The position numbers and the translations under genes are program-made. A stretch of DNA of 64,000 nt from the human T2T-CHM13v2.0 reference genome, Homo sapiens, in NCBI RefSeq assembly GCF_009914755.1, contig NC_060934.1. One strand, given 5' to 3'. A model generated the notes under the pieces. The model made no database searches and had not been told where the DNA came from. It was given only the letters and a program-made list of their open reading frames with translations. Position 1 is the stretch's first letter. Each line of letters begins with the position of its first letter. Below, piece after piece: positions 61,301 through 64,000 of this stretch.

Positions 61301-63704
61301 TAATCAAAGTGTCCATTGCTGGATAAATGGATAAAGAAAATTATATATACACACACATACATATATAATGTATTATACATAATGTACACACACACATACA
61401 TACGTACATACACAAGCAATGGAACATTATACAGCTTTAAAAAGGAAATCCTGCCATATATAAAAACATGGATGAACTTGGAGGACATTATGCTAAGTGA
61501 AGTAAGCCAGACACATAAGGGCAAATACCGTATAATTTCACTTATATGTAGAATCACACTCATAGAAACAGGAAGTTACCAGGGACTAGGGGATGCAAGA
61601 AAGTGGGAAATGTTGATGTAAGGGTACAAAATATCAATTTTAAGATGAACAAATTCCAGGGATCAAGTCTATGGCAAGGGTGGTAATGGATTTATTAATT
61701 AATTTGTTATAATCATTACACAAAGTATACACATATCAAATAATCACGTTGTACACATTGAGTATATATGATTTTTATTTGCCAATTAACTATTTAAAAT
61801 ATAAAAGAAATAATCTTGCTATCAACAGATTTATTAAATGTCTTGGTTTAATTTTATTCCAAGAGCTTGGTATTAATGAATAATCATAGAAACTATATAC
61901 AAACCAATACACTAAAGAGTAACACAATTATTGTTGATATCCAAATTTGTCAGAATTAAAATCCAATTTTCAGTTTAAAAAAGAAAATGAGAGAAATGAG
62001 TTAAAGAGGGAATTATTAAGCAGAAGGGAAGGAGAACTTGAAGATTTGAAAAATTCTTAGCCTATCCCTATTGCAAAAAGTGAAAAAGCATGGCCAATTG
62101 CCTATTTGAAAAGAAGATTAATATGGGTGTGAACTATGAACTTAATCCACCACCCAAGCAGGAAAACTGCCAGTTAGAACTGAAAAGAAAAGAAACAAAA
62201 AGTAATGAAGGAAAGCTATCAGGCTTTGTTGTTTTTGCAGCATGGGACCAGAGAGGTATATATCTGAGAACAGACATTATTCTTCAATACAAGAACAATG
62301 ACCCCGGAAGGCAATTCAGAGACCATCAGGACTGCTTTCTCAGGTTCAAAACAGGGGATCATTGCTTTGCTCTCAACAGGCCAGAAAGCCTCTTCTCAAA
62401 GCTGTGAGATCAGGGCCCCCCAGAACTGTGAGGTCATGAGTACCCAGGAAAGCGCTGGGGGTGAGAACCCTGCAGAGTAGAGTTTCAAGTTCAGGACTTC
62501 TTCCCTAGTGGGCCTAGAAGGTGAAATATTAGCTCCAGTGGGCTTGGAGGCACAGCATGGAGCCAGAGGATTATTCTTGACCCTTAATTCCTTCCCTTCT
62601 CAAGATCTCATGAAGTTTGCCTTGTAGTTTCAACTTACTTGGCCTCTGTTACTCCCTTTCTTCTTTCTTATTTCTCCCTTTTGAAATGAAAATGTCTAGC
62701 CTATGCCTGTCACACAATTGTATTTTGGAAGCACATAATATGTTTTGTTTCAAAGGTTCACAGCTTTAGAGGATTTTGCCTCACAGTGACTCATACCTCG
62801 AGTCTCACACATACCTAATTTAGAAGAGACTTAGAAGAGACTTGGGACTTAGACTTTACAGTTGATGCTAGGATGAATTAAGATATTTGTGGCTAATGGA
62901 ATGGAATGAATGTATTTTTCATGTAAGAAAGACATGAATTTCGAGGGGCTATGGACAGAATGCTATAGACTGAATGTTTATGTCTCCCCAAAATTCATAT
63001 GTTGAAACCTTATCCCCAGTGCAATGATATTTAAAGGTGGGGCCTACAGGAGGTGTATAGGTCATGAGGGCAGGACTCTCATGAATGGGATTAATGTCCT
63101 TATGAAAGAGACTCTATAAATAAGATCCCTTCTACCTCACATTCTACCATGTGAGGACACAGCCATCTCTGAACCAGGATGTGGGCTCTCGTCAGACACC
63201 AAATCCGTTGCTGCCTTGATCTTGGACTTCCCAGCCTTCAAAACTGTGAGAAATAAATTTCTGTTGTTTATAAGCCACCCAGGTTATGTTATTGTTGGAG
63301 CAGACAAAACTGACTAAGACAATGTGTTTATTTTTTCTTTAGCTACTAGACAGTTTGCAGTAAATCCAGGAAACAATCCATCAGTTGAATGGGATCATAT
63401 CATATGCATATGCCCATGACACATTTATCCTTGGGCTTTATTTTTTTCCTCCACTGATTTATCTAACATCCAATGTCCTTTGATTTAAAAATTAACTCTA
63501 TCTCACTCCATAAATCTGTGAGGGACTTTGCAAAAAATTACATAAAAGGATAAACAGACCGATGGGTGACTATACAGATGAATTGATATCTAGGTAAATA
63601 ATATCTATTCAGGTCTTTGCACCCTTATCCATTTCTACTTCCTTTCAGACTTTGAGGATACCTGCAATAGTAACTACATTTTTTTCTTGTCAGAATAACC
63701 ATAT

Positions 63705-64000
63705 ACTGAGTATGTCACATTTTGGTTGTCTCCTCTATTTCTGGGTACCATAAAATAACATATAACTATGTCTGAGCAATGGATACAGACAAGACATGAC
63801 ATGTAAAACTTCCAGGTCAGAATACTTATAATGTGAGGTCCTCCACAGCTCTCTTTTCCAATCTCAAGAACCAGCAATGCCACAGTTGGTGGACTCTTTA
63901 ACACTTGGGTCCCTGAGTGATAACTATGCAGATGAGAACTCCCACATGACTCACACAGGTCATATTGTTCTTTGCTGCAGCATCAACTAATCTATCCTGA
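63705..64000 (+). mobile_element. Old MaLR LTR (MLT1J/I-like), running to the window edge
   Basis: aacttccaggtcagaatact, cttgggtccctgagtgataactatg and ttgctgcagcatcaactaatctatcctga resemble MLT1J motifs. Confidence 0.6.

Overview
AT-rich, CpG-depleted primate (human-like) genomic DNA, most likely intronic or intergenic. I see no CpG island, no supportable protein-coding exon, no RNA gene and no CRISPR or prokaryotic features, and I cannot name a host gene. The supplied ORFs are chance ORFs, antisense-Alu read-throughs or decayed L1 ORF2p fragments. The window is a mosaic of Alu (FAM, J, S, Y), MIR, L2, old L1, ERVL/MaLR LTRs, hAT fossils and microsatellites. The last ~12 kb is a nested stack: an MLT1A0-type provirus contains a near full-length L1MA, which contains a complete MSTA-type provirus and an Alu. 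The most unusual structures are (1) a ~245-bp-arm inverted duplication at 9170-10150 with a perfect 25-bp core and splice-like signals inside it, (2) an apparent ancient L1 3' transduction at ~61811-61987, and (3) an old L1MC fragment inside a younger AluJ without a TSD at 46329-46517. I found no evidence of a new protein-coding system. Repeat subfamily names come from recalled consensus sequences and need RepeatMasker/Dfam confirmation. Boundaries of old repeats are approximate.
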